Shown here one piece after another: positions 56,330 through 64,000 of a DNA stretch of 64,000 nt. The DNA is from Bdellovibrionales bacterium. Its GTDB lineage: Bacteria; Bdellovibrionota; Bdellovibrionia; Bdellovibrionales; UBA1609. The position numbers were made by a program, and so were the translations under genes. Every line of letters starts with the position of its first letter. Positions within the stretch are counted from its first letter, which is position 1. The notes beneath the pieces were generated by a model, which worked only from the letters and a program-made list of their open reading frames with translations, ran no database searches and had not been told where the DNA came from. The stretch is from assembly GCA_965203095.1 (NCBI GenBank), contig OZ241877.1, positions 640,001 through 704,000 of the forward strand, in the 5' to 3' direction.

Positions 56330-56771
56330 GAAGGATAAGCCGGATAAATACATCTTGCTTGAGCAGTATAAGTTATATGTGGAAATGGCAGACAGGATTA
56401 GCCAGAGGAGACAATCTGCTAATAGTTATTTTATCAGTATCAATGTATTCCTGATTTCTTTTTCTTCCTACATGAACCATATAAAATCCTCCAGCGTGGG
56501 GGTTTTTATTATATTTCTGTCTGGAATCTTAGTTTGTGTTATATGGTATAAACTTATCAAATCTTATAAAGGAATGAATAGTGGAAAATTTAAAGTCATC
56601 CATGACATGGAGAAACTGCTTGATTATCAGCCTTATGACATAGAGTGGAAAAAGCTGAAGCATGGAAAAGATAAAAAACTTTATCATCCATTTACAAAAA
56701 TTGAATTATGTATTCCCTGGCTCTTTGGTGCTTTGTATGGAATTTTTATTCTGATCTTGTTTACTCCTTAG
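56322..56771 (+). CDS. small multi-TM protein, RipA-like membrane effector family
   Basis: EQYKLYVEMADRISQRRQSANSYF, two TM helices, W..LIKSYK.MNSGKFKVIHDME, C-terminal TM helix; overlaps the TIR stop. Confidence 0.7.
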   Translation: MNEKDKPDKYILLEQYKLYVEMADRISQRRQSANSYFISINVFLISFSSYMNHIKSSSVGVFIIFLSGILVCVIWYKLIKSYKGMNSGKFKVIHDMEKLLDYQPYDIEWKKLKHGKDKKLYHPFTKIELCIPWLFGALYGIFILILFTP

Positions 56772-57141
56772 GGCTTGAAATAACAGTATTGGTTTATTTA
56801 ATTTGATTCTCCATGTTTTTAATATTAGGTTCAGGAGCATTTTAAGGGCCTTTTTTCAATAGTTTAATAAGCTGAGTGACTGCTTCGATTTGTCAATATC
56901 CAAATAAAAGTTTTTTTGATCTTATTTTTTGCAAAGACGATCTATTTCAGTTGTATAATGAGGATAAGAAACTAAGCCAATGCCTTTAATATTCCCTTTA
57001 ATGTTTCTGAAAAAAGGCTTAAGCATATTGAAATATATATCATTTTTTCTTTAATAATAAAACCACCCCATACCATATATTTTGGTTCATTAGGATTTCC
57101 ACCCCATTTACTGTCATCTAAGTAAAGGGTATATAGACTCA

Positions 57142-57516
57142 CTAAGGTATCATCAAAGTTGAAGGATTTTTATCAGCCCATTCTTTTTTAAAATTTGGCC
57201 GAGAGAAAAATTTTTTTTGAGATACAGGCTTTAATGGAGGTGTTGGCAATTCAACAAATCTTTTAGGTATTTTTATTGAAGGAAAAACAGGATGACATTT
57301 TCCGTTTGTGCTTTTCATAAAACCAACACATTTTCCGTTCAAATCTCTTAAAATTCCGTCATCAAACCATCCCCTTTGAGTGCCATTAAAATCATGCACT
57401 CTATCTTTTTCTATATATCCTGCATAGATATTATGCCTACAGCTTGCAAGATAGCCTCTTTTTACAACCCTTAAGGAAGGTGTGCCTTTTCGGTCAAAAA
57501 TTACATTTTTCATCAT
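57142..57516 (-). CDS. hypothetical protein, resembles 4-fold beta-flower domain
   Basis: Repeated beta hairpins GYIEKDRVHDFNGTQRGWFDDGILRDLNGKCVGF followed by a Pro-rich tail. Confidence 0.55.
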   Translation of the reverse strand: MMKNVIFDRKGTPSLRVVKRGYLASCRHNIYAGYIEKDRVHDFNGTQRGWFDDGILRDLNGKCVGFMKSTNGKCHPVFPSIKIPKRFVELPTPPLKPVSQKKFFSRPNFKKEWADKNPSTLMIP

Positions 57517-57887
57517 TTATTATAATAATGGTTTTTTTAGTCAAAGTCAAGCAAGTCGGGAGAAAGTAGCTGGTAGGGGCTGAAGACAAGTCGTGGCGAA
57601 AGGCTTAAACCAAAAATAAAAAAAATCCCATAGAATCAAGCCTATACCGCCACAGCTTGGGCCTTGTGCTTCCCGCGTTTCCCGCTCTATCCCGGAAATT
57701 CACCTCCAAATCACCTCCAAAATGTTTAAAAAACAGGAACTAAAATCAGCCAATGAAAAAAATAGACAGCCTCTCAAAAGAATTGAAGGAACTAAAAGAC
57801 AGCAAAACTTTTTAAATTCTGGTCCTTTGGTGGAAATTTTTACAAAAGGCTTTATTTTTCCGGACGATCATTCTATAAGACGACACA

Positions 57888-58355
57888 ATGAAATTGTTAG
57901 TTAGCCTTATTCTTTTAATAAACTTGCCGGCTTTTGCTAACTGCTATGATGTTTTTGCCCCTGATAAAAAAGCACTGATTGAAAAAATTAGACAAGGGGA
58001 AAAAGACTTGGCGGGTGCAGACTTGTCAGAAGCCGACTTGTCAAGGGTAGACTTGTCTTTAGCAAACTTGAGAAAAGCGAACTTAACAAGGGCGAATTTG
58101 AGAGGGGCAAACCTGTCATGGGCAACTCTGTATAATGCTGACTTAAGACTTGCGAACTTGAGGGGGGCGGACCTATCAAGGGGGACCTTGTATAAGGCCG
58201 ACCTATCAGGTGCCGACTTGTCAGAAGCCGACTTATCAGGGGCAAACCTTTATATGATGGTCTTGGTGGGTGCGACTATAGACTCAGAAATTCGTCTGCA
58301 AATAGAGGCATGGCAATGGAAAAACAAAAATAACTATTGGCAGAACAAGCCCTAA
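57888..58355 (+). CDS. secreted pentapeptide-repeat protein
   Basis: Signal peptide followed by many A(D/N)L(S/R)X repeats. Confidence 0.88.
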   Translation: MKLLVSLILLINLPAFANCYDVFAPDKKALIEKIRQGEKDLAGADLSEADLSRVDLSLANLRKANLTRANLRGANLSWATLYNADLRLANLRGADLSRGTLYKADLSGADLSEADLSGANLYMMVLVGATIDSEIRLQIEAWQWKNKNNYWQNKP

Positions 58356-58521
58356 AACCCTCTATTTTTTCTTTAATCTTTATCTATGTCCCCCTATAAG
58401 TCCTTAGAGGGAAAATAATACTCAAAAACGGTTATTTTAAAGACTTTTTTCATTATTTTCCTTCTTTTTTGGACAATTCAACTTTTATAATAATGATTAT
58501 TTTTCAGTTAAGCTCCTAATC

Positions 58522-58578
58522 TAAAAAATATTGAGAAAAAGCCCTTTAAATACCCATGAACCAAATCTTGGTTCATGG
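58522..58578 (+). repeat. apparent empty copy of the cassette-flanking element, with central palindrome
   Basis: Near-identical to 9556-9600, then CCATGAACCAA-atc-TTGGTTCATGG. Confidence 0.7.
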
Positions 58579-58798
58579 TGGTCCCTTGTATAATTGTATC
58601 TATTTTTAGGCCAGCAGACTATGTTTTGAACATTTTTTCACTTTTCTTGCAAGTTTTAAATGCTTAATGTATAAAGTATAAAATGTTTATAACCAGCAAG
58701 TTATTTTTTAATCTGATAAGATTATAGATTATTTGCTGTCATTGGAAGTTTGAGTTCAATAGGGGTTTGAGCTTAAATTAAACAAAAAGGAGAGAAAT

Positions 58799-59092
58799 AT
58801 GAAAACTTTTAATATAACACTAAAAACATTTATGGTGGTCTTTTGTTTATTCTGTCTAAAATTTACTTTAGCCAGCCCATCGGAAGATTTGTTTCACGGA
58901 ATTTACCGGGGAAACATAGATATGGTGAATCAGGCTCTTAAACAAGGAGCAAACCCTGATTTTAAAGATTCTGGTAGCATAGCATTACTGGAAGCGACAA
59001 AACGAGACTATTACCCTTACGATATTGTCAACGCTTTACTTTCAGCAGAAAAGGCCAACCCAATTAAGACGTTGTCTATCCTTGTTTTATAG
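58799..59092 (+). pseudogene. truncated secreted ankyrin-repeat protein
   Basis: Signal peptide, ALKQGANPD, ALLEA..IVNALL...ANP; the repeat pattern then breaks off. Confidence 0.5.
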
Positions 59093-59549
59093 ATTCCGCT
59101 GAGTTGGGTATCAAGGAAAACAATATAGCTGTCCCTGATCTGGCTTTTGCTGAATTGAAATCTCACAGAGATTTAAGATTACATGATAAAATCACTATGG
59201 CAAGAAATCATGGAACAGGGTTTAGAGTTAAGGAAAATAAACTCATAAATTTGTTTTCAAATATATCAGAAATAGAATTATAAATAAGGAATAAATTATG
59301 TAGTAATATTGATTTTTGGTTTTCTAAAAGAACTATCAAAGATTTATCTGTTATTAGAAATTCTATATGAAAGAAAGTTGACAAAAAAAATACCAATCTT
59401 TATTCTGGCTGGCTTTTTCTGAAACAGTAAGATTTGTTTCCTATACGAGAAAATTTGAACCTTATATTCGGGCAATTCGCCTAAAAAAACCATTTTTTTA
59501 TAGCTTTTTAAAAAATTTTCAGTATAATGATAGCTAAAAGGAGGAATAA

Positions 59550-60416
59550 ATGAGCAAAATAAGTAATAAATCCACTATTCCTGAGTTAGAAGAGGTTTGG
59601 AAGCTTGTCCGAGAGACACAAAAAAACTTAAAAGACATCTCCACCAGTCAAAAGGAGTTCCAAGTTAGTCAAAAAGAGTGGCAAGCTCAACAAAAAGCTC
59701 AACAAAAAGCTCAACAAAAAGCTCAACAAAAAGAGCGAGAAGCTCAACAAAAAGAGCGAGAAGCTCAACAAAAAGAGCGAGAAGCTCAACAAAAAGAGCG
59801 AGAAGCCCAACAAAAAGAGTGGCAAGCTCAGCAAAAAGCTCAACAAAAAGAGCGAGAAGCCCAACAAAAAGAGTGGCAAGCTCGCCAAAAGGTGTCAGAA
59901 AAGGAAATGCTGGAACTGAAAGAGAGACAAGAGAGATTTCAAGTCCAACAGGAAAAAACAGAGCGTATGATACAAAAAGTGGGCGGGGGGTTCAATAAAC
60001 GATGGGGTCACTTAGTGGAATCCTTAGTTAAGGGAAAGTTGGTTCCTCTATTAAAGAGTAGAGGGATCAAGGTGGAACGGCTTTTTACTAATGCAGAAAC
60101 GGGGAATAAAAATGGGGCTCTTCCCAATACAGAGTTTGATATTGTTGCTGTCAATGGCACAGAGGTAGTGGTTGTAGAAGTGAAAACAACTTTAGCTCCA
60201 AGAGACCTTCGTGATTTTTTATCTCACTTGAGCAATTTTAAGACTTATTTCCCAGAATATAAGAACAAAGCTTTATACGGAGCTATGGCTTATTTAAAGA
60301 GTGAGGGCAAAGCAGAAGTTTTGTCGGAAAAAGAAGGTTTATTTGTAATAAAAGCCGTAGGAGATAGTGCCAGTTTGATCAATAAACCAGACTTTAAACC
60401 CAAAGCTTTTGCTTAA
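59550..60416 (+). CDS. coiled-coil repeat protein with C-terminal PD-(D/E)XK-like domain (DUF3782-like)
   Basis: WGHLVESLV, EFDIVAVNG..VVVVEVKT, F..YFPEY, YGAMA, GLFVI; GAGGA RBS. Confidence 0.75.
   Translation: MSKISNKSTIPELEEVWKLVRETQKNLKDISTSQKEFQVSQKEWQAQQKAQQKAQQKAQQKEREAQQKEREAQQKEREAQQKEREAQQKEWQAQQKAQQKEREAQQKEWQARQKVSEKEMLELKERQERFQVQQEKTERMIQKVGGGFNKRWGHLVESLVKGKLVPLLKSRGIKVERLFTNAETGNKNGALPNTEFDIVAVNGTEVVVVEVKTTLAPRDLRDFLSHLSNFKTYFPEYKNKALYGAMAYLKSEGKAEVLSEKEGLFVIKAVGDSASLINKPDFKPKAFA
59668..59890 (+). repeat. in-frame 21-bp and 12-bp tandem repeats
   Basis: CAACAAAAAGAGCGAGAAGCT (QQKEREA) and CAACAAAAAGCT (QQKA) arrays. Confidence 0.9.
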
Positions 60417-60419
60417 AAA

Positions 60420-60540
60420 GTCCGTTTTTCCCGTGCAAACGGGAATCCATAAAAGTTTATTCTTCTGTAAAAGCTTGTTAAAAAGTCTCCGAGCTGTTCT
60501 GGATTCCCGCTCAAGCCGAAAAAGTCAGTGGGAATGAATG
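60420..60540. repeat. palindromic repeat cluster
   Basis: TTCCCGTGCAAACGGGAATCCA with the same 3' tail as the 44431 copy, plus an inverted GGATTCCC...GGGAATGA copy. Confidence 0.75.
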
Positions 60541-60579
60541 GCTTTTTTACAGAGAATTAAGTAGGATATAGGCAAAACT

Positions 60580-61191
60580 ATGGATGAACTCCCTTTAAAG
60601 CTTTTAAAACCAATTCACAATTACTTTACTCAATCTAATCAAAGCCTCTGTGTTGTGGAAAGTTGCACAGGAGGTCTGCTTAGCTTTTGGCTCACTCACT
60701 CGCCAGGGGCAAGTCAGTATTTTAAAGGGGCCTTAGTGGCCTACAAAACAGAAGTCAAAATCCAGTTATTAGGGCTTTGTCCCCAAAAAATAAAAAAAGA
60801 TGGACTTTGCACAGTAGATTGTGCTCTATCTATGGCACAAGGTGTTAAAAAGCTCTTAAAGGCCGATTGGGCTGTGGCTGTCACAGGGGTCGCGGGGCCA
60901 TCAAAGGGAGAAAAAGGAGAACCTGTGGGCAAAGTGGCCTTTTCTGTCCTCTCTCATCAAGTGCAAAAAAGCCTTGTTAAGCAATTTGTGGACTCCCGTT
61001 TTCAAGGGAACCCGAAAGCCCGGGGAGCTTTCAGGCAAATCCACAAGAATGATATGGCTGAAAATGAGCAAAAAAGATTGGATTCCCGCTATCAAAGGAA
61101 TGACGAGGCACAAAATAGCGAAAAAAGAAAAGACATACAGCGACAATCTGCTTTTTTTGCTTTAAATTTTCTCATTTCTGAGTTTAAATAG
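60580..61191 (+). CDS. cinA: CinA C-terminal domain / NMN deamidase PncC with in-frame repeat insertion
   Basis: [33 protein letters not shown]....PVG; directly upstream of recA. Confidence 0.85.
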   Translation: MDELPLKLLKPIHNYFTQSNQSLCVVESCTGGLLSFWLTHSPGASQYFKGALVAYKTEVKIQLLGLCPQKIKKDGLCTVDCALSMAQGVKKLLKADWAVAVTGVAGPSKGEKGEPVGKVAFSVLSHQVQKSLVKQFVDSRFQGNPKARGAFRQIHKNDMAENEQKRLDSRYQRNDEAQNSEKRKDIQRQSAFFALNFLISEFK

Positions 61192-61240
61192 CTTGTTCTA
61201 TCTTAATGATCACTTAAACATAAATTATCAAGGAGGGCTT

Positions 61241-62290
61241 ATGGCCACAATAGAAAATAAAGAAAAAACCAAAGCTTTGGATTTAGCCATTGCTTCAATA
61301 GAAAGGCAATTTGGCAAAGGCTCAATTATGAAGTTGGGTCAAGGCAAAAGCCTATTTGAGAATGTTCCAGTCTACAGCACAGGTTCCTTAATTTTGGATA
61401 AAGCCTTAGGAATTGGCGGTTTGCCCAAGGGAAGAGTTGTAGAAATTTATGGTCCAGAAAGCTCAGGGAAAACCACCATGGCCCTCAGCACTGCCGCTCA
61501 AGCTCAAAAAGCTGGCGGGGTAGTGGCCTTTGTGGATGCCGAACATGCCTTAGATGTCTCCTACGCCACAAAATTAGGGGTTAAGGTTTCTGATATGTTG
61601 ATTTCTCAGCCAGATACAGGGGAGCAAGCTTTAGAGATTACCGAAACTTTGGTCCGTTCCGGAGCTGTGGATGTTTTGATTGTGGACTCAGTGGCCGCTC
61701 TCACCCCAAAAGCGGAAATTGATGGAGATATGGGGGATTCCCACATGGGCTTGCAAGCACGACTTATGTCACAAGCTTTGCGAAAACTCACAGGCTCTAT
61801 CAACCGTAGTCAAACTTTGGTGATTTTCATCAATCAAATTCGCATGAAAATAGGAGTAATGTTTGGCAATCCAGAAACAACAACTGGAGGAAACGCCCTC
61901 AAATTTTACTCTTCTGTTCGTATGGATGTGCGAAAAATCGCCAGTCTTAAAAAAGGAGATGAGATCATAGGCAACCGCACTTTAGTTAAAGTTGTAAAAA
62001 ACAAAATGGCCCCTCCTTTTACCCGTGCAGAGTTTGATCTTCTTTATAATGAGGGAATCAGCTCTTCTGGGGAAATTTTGGATATGGCCTTAAAAGAGGG
62101 TATTATAGAAAAGTCCGGTGCATGGTTTAGCTTTGAGTCAAAAAAGTTAGGCCAAGGAAGAGAATCCGCTCGACTGGCTATTAAAGAGCGAGCCGATTTG
62201 AGGGCCAAATTACAAAAACTCTTAAGAGAAAAAGGCAAGCCAACAAGTTCTCCTCCTTTAAAAGCCAATTCCTCTGTGAAAAAGCATTGA
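61241..62290 (+). CDS. recA: recombinase RecA
   Basis: [58 protein letters not shown]. Confidence 0.99.
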   Translation: MATIENKEKTKALDLAIASIERQFGKGSIMKLGQGKSLFENVPVYSTGSLILDKALGIGGLPKGRVVEIYGPESSGKTTMALSTAAQAQKAGGVVAFVDAEHALDVSYATKLGVKVSDMLISQPDTGEQALEITETLVRSGAVDVLIVDSVAALTPKAEIDGDMGDSHMGLQARLMSQALRKLTGSINRSQTLVIFINQIRMKIGVMFGNPETTTGGNALKFYSSVRMDVRKIASLKKGDEIIGNRTLVKVVKNKMAPPFTRAEFDLLYNEGISSSGEILDMALKEGIIEKSGAWFSFESKKLGQGRESARLAIKERADLRAKLQKLLREKGKPTSSPPLKANSSVKKH

Positions 62291-62350
62291 GCTTTTCTGT
62301 ATAGGGAATGAGGTAAAAAACTCCTCCCTTCCCTTGGTTTTCAAAAAAGC

Positions 62351-63466
62351 ATGAGCGAGAAACTTTCTGATCGAGAGGCCATGAGGCTGGCTATCCTGTC
62401 AGCTGGCAAAGGGCAAGGCTTTGTCTCCCCTAATCCTCCTGTAGGTTGTGTGATATTAGATAAAAACCAACACCTCCTATCTACAGGCTTTTACTCTCAC
62501 TACGGAGGCATTCATGCAGAAATTTCTGCCTTAAATAAAATAAAAGACAAAAAAAGCCTAAAAGGAGGGAGGCTATTTGTGACTCTGGAGCCTTGTGCTC
62601 ACTTTGGGCAAAATCCGCCCTGTGCAGATCAACTAACAAAATACCCCTTAAGTGCCGTGATTTATGGGCAGGAAGACCCTAATCCCTTAACAAAATCCAA
62701 AGGGATAAAAAGACTCCGGCAAAAAAAAGGTCTTTTGGTTAAAAAATCCCCTTTTTTTCAAAAATCTATTCGCCGGCTTTATGAAGCCTTTACCCTCAAT
62801 ATGAAGGAAAACCGGACTTTTTTTGCTCTCAAAATGGCCAGCTCTTTAGATGGAGTGCTGTCCTTAACCCACGGAGAAAGCCAGTGGATCACCAATAAAA
62901 AATCCAGAGCCTTTGCCCTCAATATGAGAAAAAACTATACGGCTATCCTCATCGGGCTGAACACTTTTTTAGAGGATAACCCCCGCCTTAACTATAGAGG
63001 GAAAGGGCCAAAAAGGGCAAACAAAGTCTGCCTCCTCGACCCCTCTGGCAAATCCCTCAAGTTGATCCCTCAATCCCGCTTAGCCTCTGTCCGCTCACTA
63101 AAAGATATTTTTGTAATCACCAGCCCTTCGGCCCCTAAAAATAAAGGCCCTGTCAAAACAATTATAAGCCCTTTTCTGCCTAACCGCCGGCAGTTTGATT
63201 TAAAAGCTTTGAGCAAACAACTCTATAAAGAAAAAATCAGCTCTGTTTTAGTTGAGGGAGGAGGGCACACAATCTCCAGCTTTTTAGAGCAAAATGTGGC
63301 GAAAAGGCTCTATTATTTTATCAGCCCTTGCCTAATAGGCGGGAAAAAAGGGAAATATTGGACAGAAAACCTCTCCCTCCCATCTTTAAGCAAAAAAAAG
63401 CAGTTAAAATTTAAAGAAAACTTATTTTTTGATGAAGATATATTTATAACCGGCATTTTAGACTAA
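62351..63466 (+). CDS. ribD: riboflavin biosynthesis deaminase/reductase RibD
   Basis: SPNPPVGCVI, HAE, VTLEPCAH..PPC, ASSLDG, SQWIT, VLVEGG. Confidence 0.95.
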   Translation: MSEKLSDREAMRLAILSAGKGQGFVSPNPPVGCVILDKNQHLLSTGFYSHYGGIHAEISALNKIKDKKSLKGGRLFVTLEPCAHFGQNPPCADQLTKYPLSAVIYGQEDPNPLTKSKGIKRLRQKKGLLVKKSPFFQKSIRRLYEAFTLNMKENRTFFALKMASSLDGVLSLTHGESQWITNKKSRAFALNMRKNYTAILIGLNTFLEDNPRLNYRGKGPKRANKVCLLDPSGKSLKLIPQSRLASVRSLKDIFVITSPSAPKNKGPVKTIISPFLPNRRQFDLKALSKQLYKEKISSVLVEGGGHTISSFLEQNVAKRLYYFISPCLIGGKKGKYWTENLSLPSLSKKKQLKFKENLFFDEDIFITGILD

Positions 63467-63668
63467 CCAAAACAGGCTGAAAGCCCTGATTTTAAAGGCT
63501 TTGGAATGGAATAGATTTTTAAACCATTTTAACCATTGAGGGGGAGATCTCAAAAGTGCTTGCTTAAGGTATAATTTTTATTGACTTTTTATGGTTTGTA
63601 AAAAATATTAATCTTTGTTTTTGAAGTTTCCGATACTTACTATATAATAGTATATACTAAAGAGTATT

Positions 63669-63878
63669 ATGGAATCATTTGTTCAAAAAGTATCTTTAGA
63701 AGAATATCTTGAGTTAAGAAAAACTTTAGACCTTAATGGTGTTGACAGAATTGGTATGGATAATATATCATCAGGTCTTATAAAAATATATTATAAAACC
63801 CCTCAACCAATAAATTATAAAAAACAAGCTTATATGGTTAACAAATATAAACCAAAAAATATTTTTAGTAATGAGTGA
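63669..63878 (+). CDS. hypothetical protein
   Basis: 69-aa AT-rich ORF; no recognisable motif. Confidence 0.35.
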   Translation: MESFVQKVSLEEYLELRKTLDLNGVDRIGMDNISSGLIKIYYKTPQPINYKKQAYMVNKYKPKNIFSNE

Positions 63879-64000
63879 AATTACAAAAAAAGATAATAAT
63901 AAAAATAAAGAAGCCTTTTTATATGGCCGTTCTGAATCTCCTGAAATAACAAAACAAAAGCTAGATCTGGCAAAATTACAAGATGGAAGAGCTTTTGAAT

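Noticed and set aside
59668..59890. CRISPR array
   Set aside because: The repeats are contiguous and in frame with no unique spacers, and no cas genes are present.
1761..62268. Numerous 60-120 aa ORFs antisense to or overlapping well-supported genes (e.g. 9624-9947, 25456-25758, 31625-31969, 59628-59888, 59678-59998)
   Set aside because: Shadow ORFs with no independent evidence.
62303..62340. Terminator after recA
   Set aside because: The stem AGGGAA..TTCCCT is imperfect and the U-tract is weak; not enough support.

Overview
AT-rich bacterial chromosome segment. The gene repertoire (GYF/TPR membrane protein, acidic LysM lipoprotein, putative porin, ppdK and its regulator) looks Bdellovibrionota/Deltaproteobacteria-like; this is an inference. 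A housekeeping backbone (nusB, pyrC, ahcY, murA-prmC-prfA-rho, smc, ppdK, pyrB, xerC, bfr, ridA, cinA-recA-ribD, tRNA-Asp, tRNA-Ser) is interrupted by two defence-rich regions. Region 1 (~6.3-14.3 kb, after tRNA-Asp) holds an MmeI-like type IIL R-M enzyme, a cold-shock-domain gene and a tightly coupled four-gene operon: ABC/AAA ATPase, HNH nuclease, carboxynorspermidine-decarboxylase-like enzyme and DUF3326 protein. This operon is bracketed by bipartite inverted repeats, and an apparent empty copy of the site lies at ~58.5 kb. It is the best candidate for an undescribed system. Region 2 (~36.7-60.4 kb) holds Rpn with a likely internal antitoxin ORF, a type IIG R-M gene, AbiE, IS630, an AbiTii/HEPN-like gene, a PHP-ATPase, DUF5131, ASCH plus PIN-GNAT, and a TIR plus membrane-protein pair. 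Its modules are punctuated by repeated copies of the R-M 3' tail and of a hypothetical gene. A family of palindromic repeats (ATTCCC-N8-GGGAAT core) lies between genes and is also inserted in frame into the type IIG gene (three times) and into cinA. All calls come from visual motif recognition; no database searches were run.
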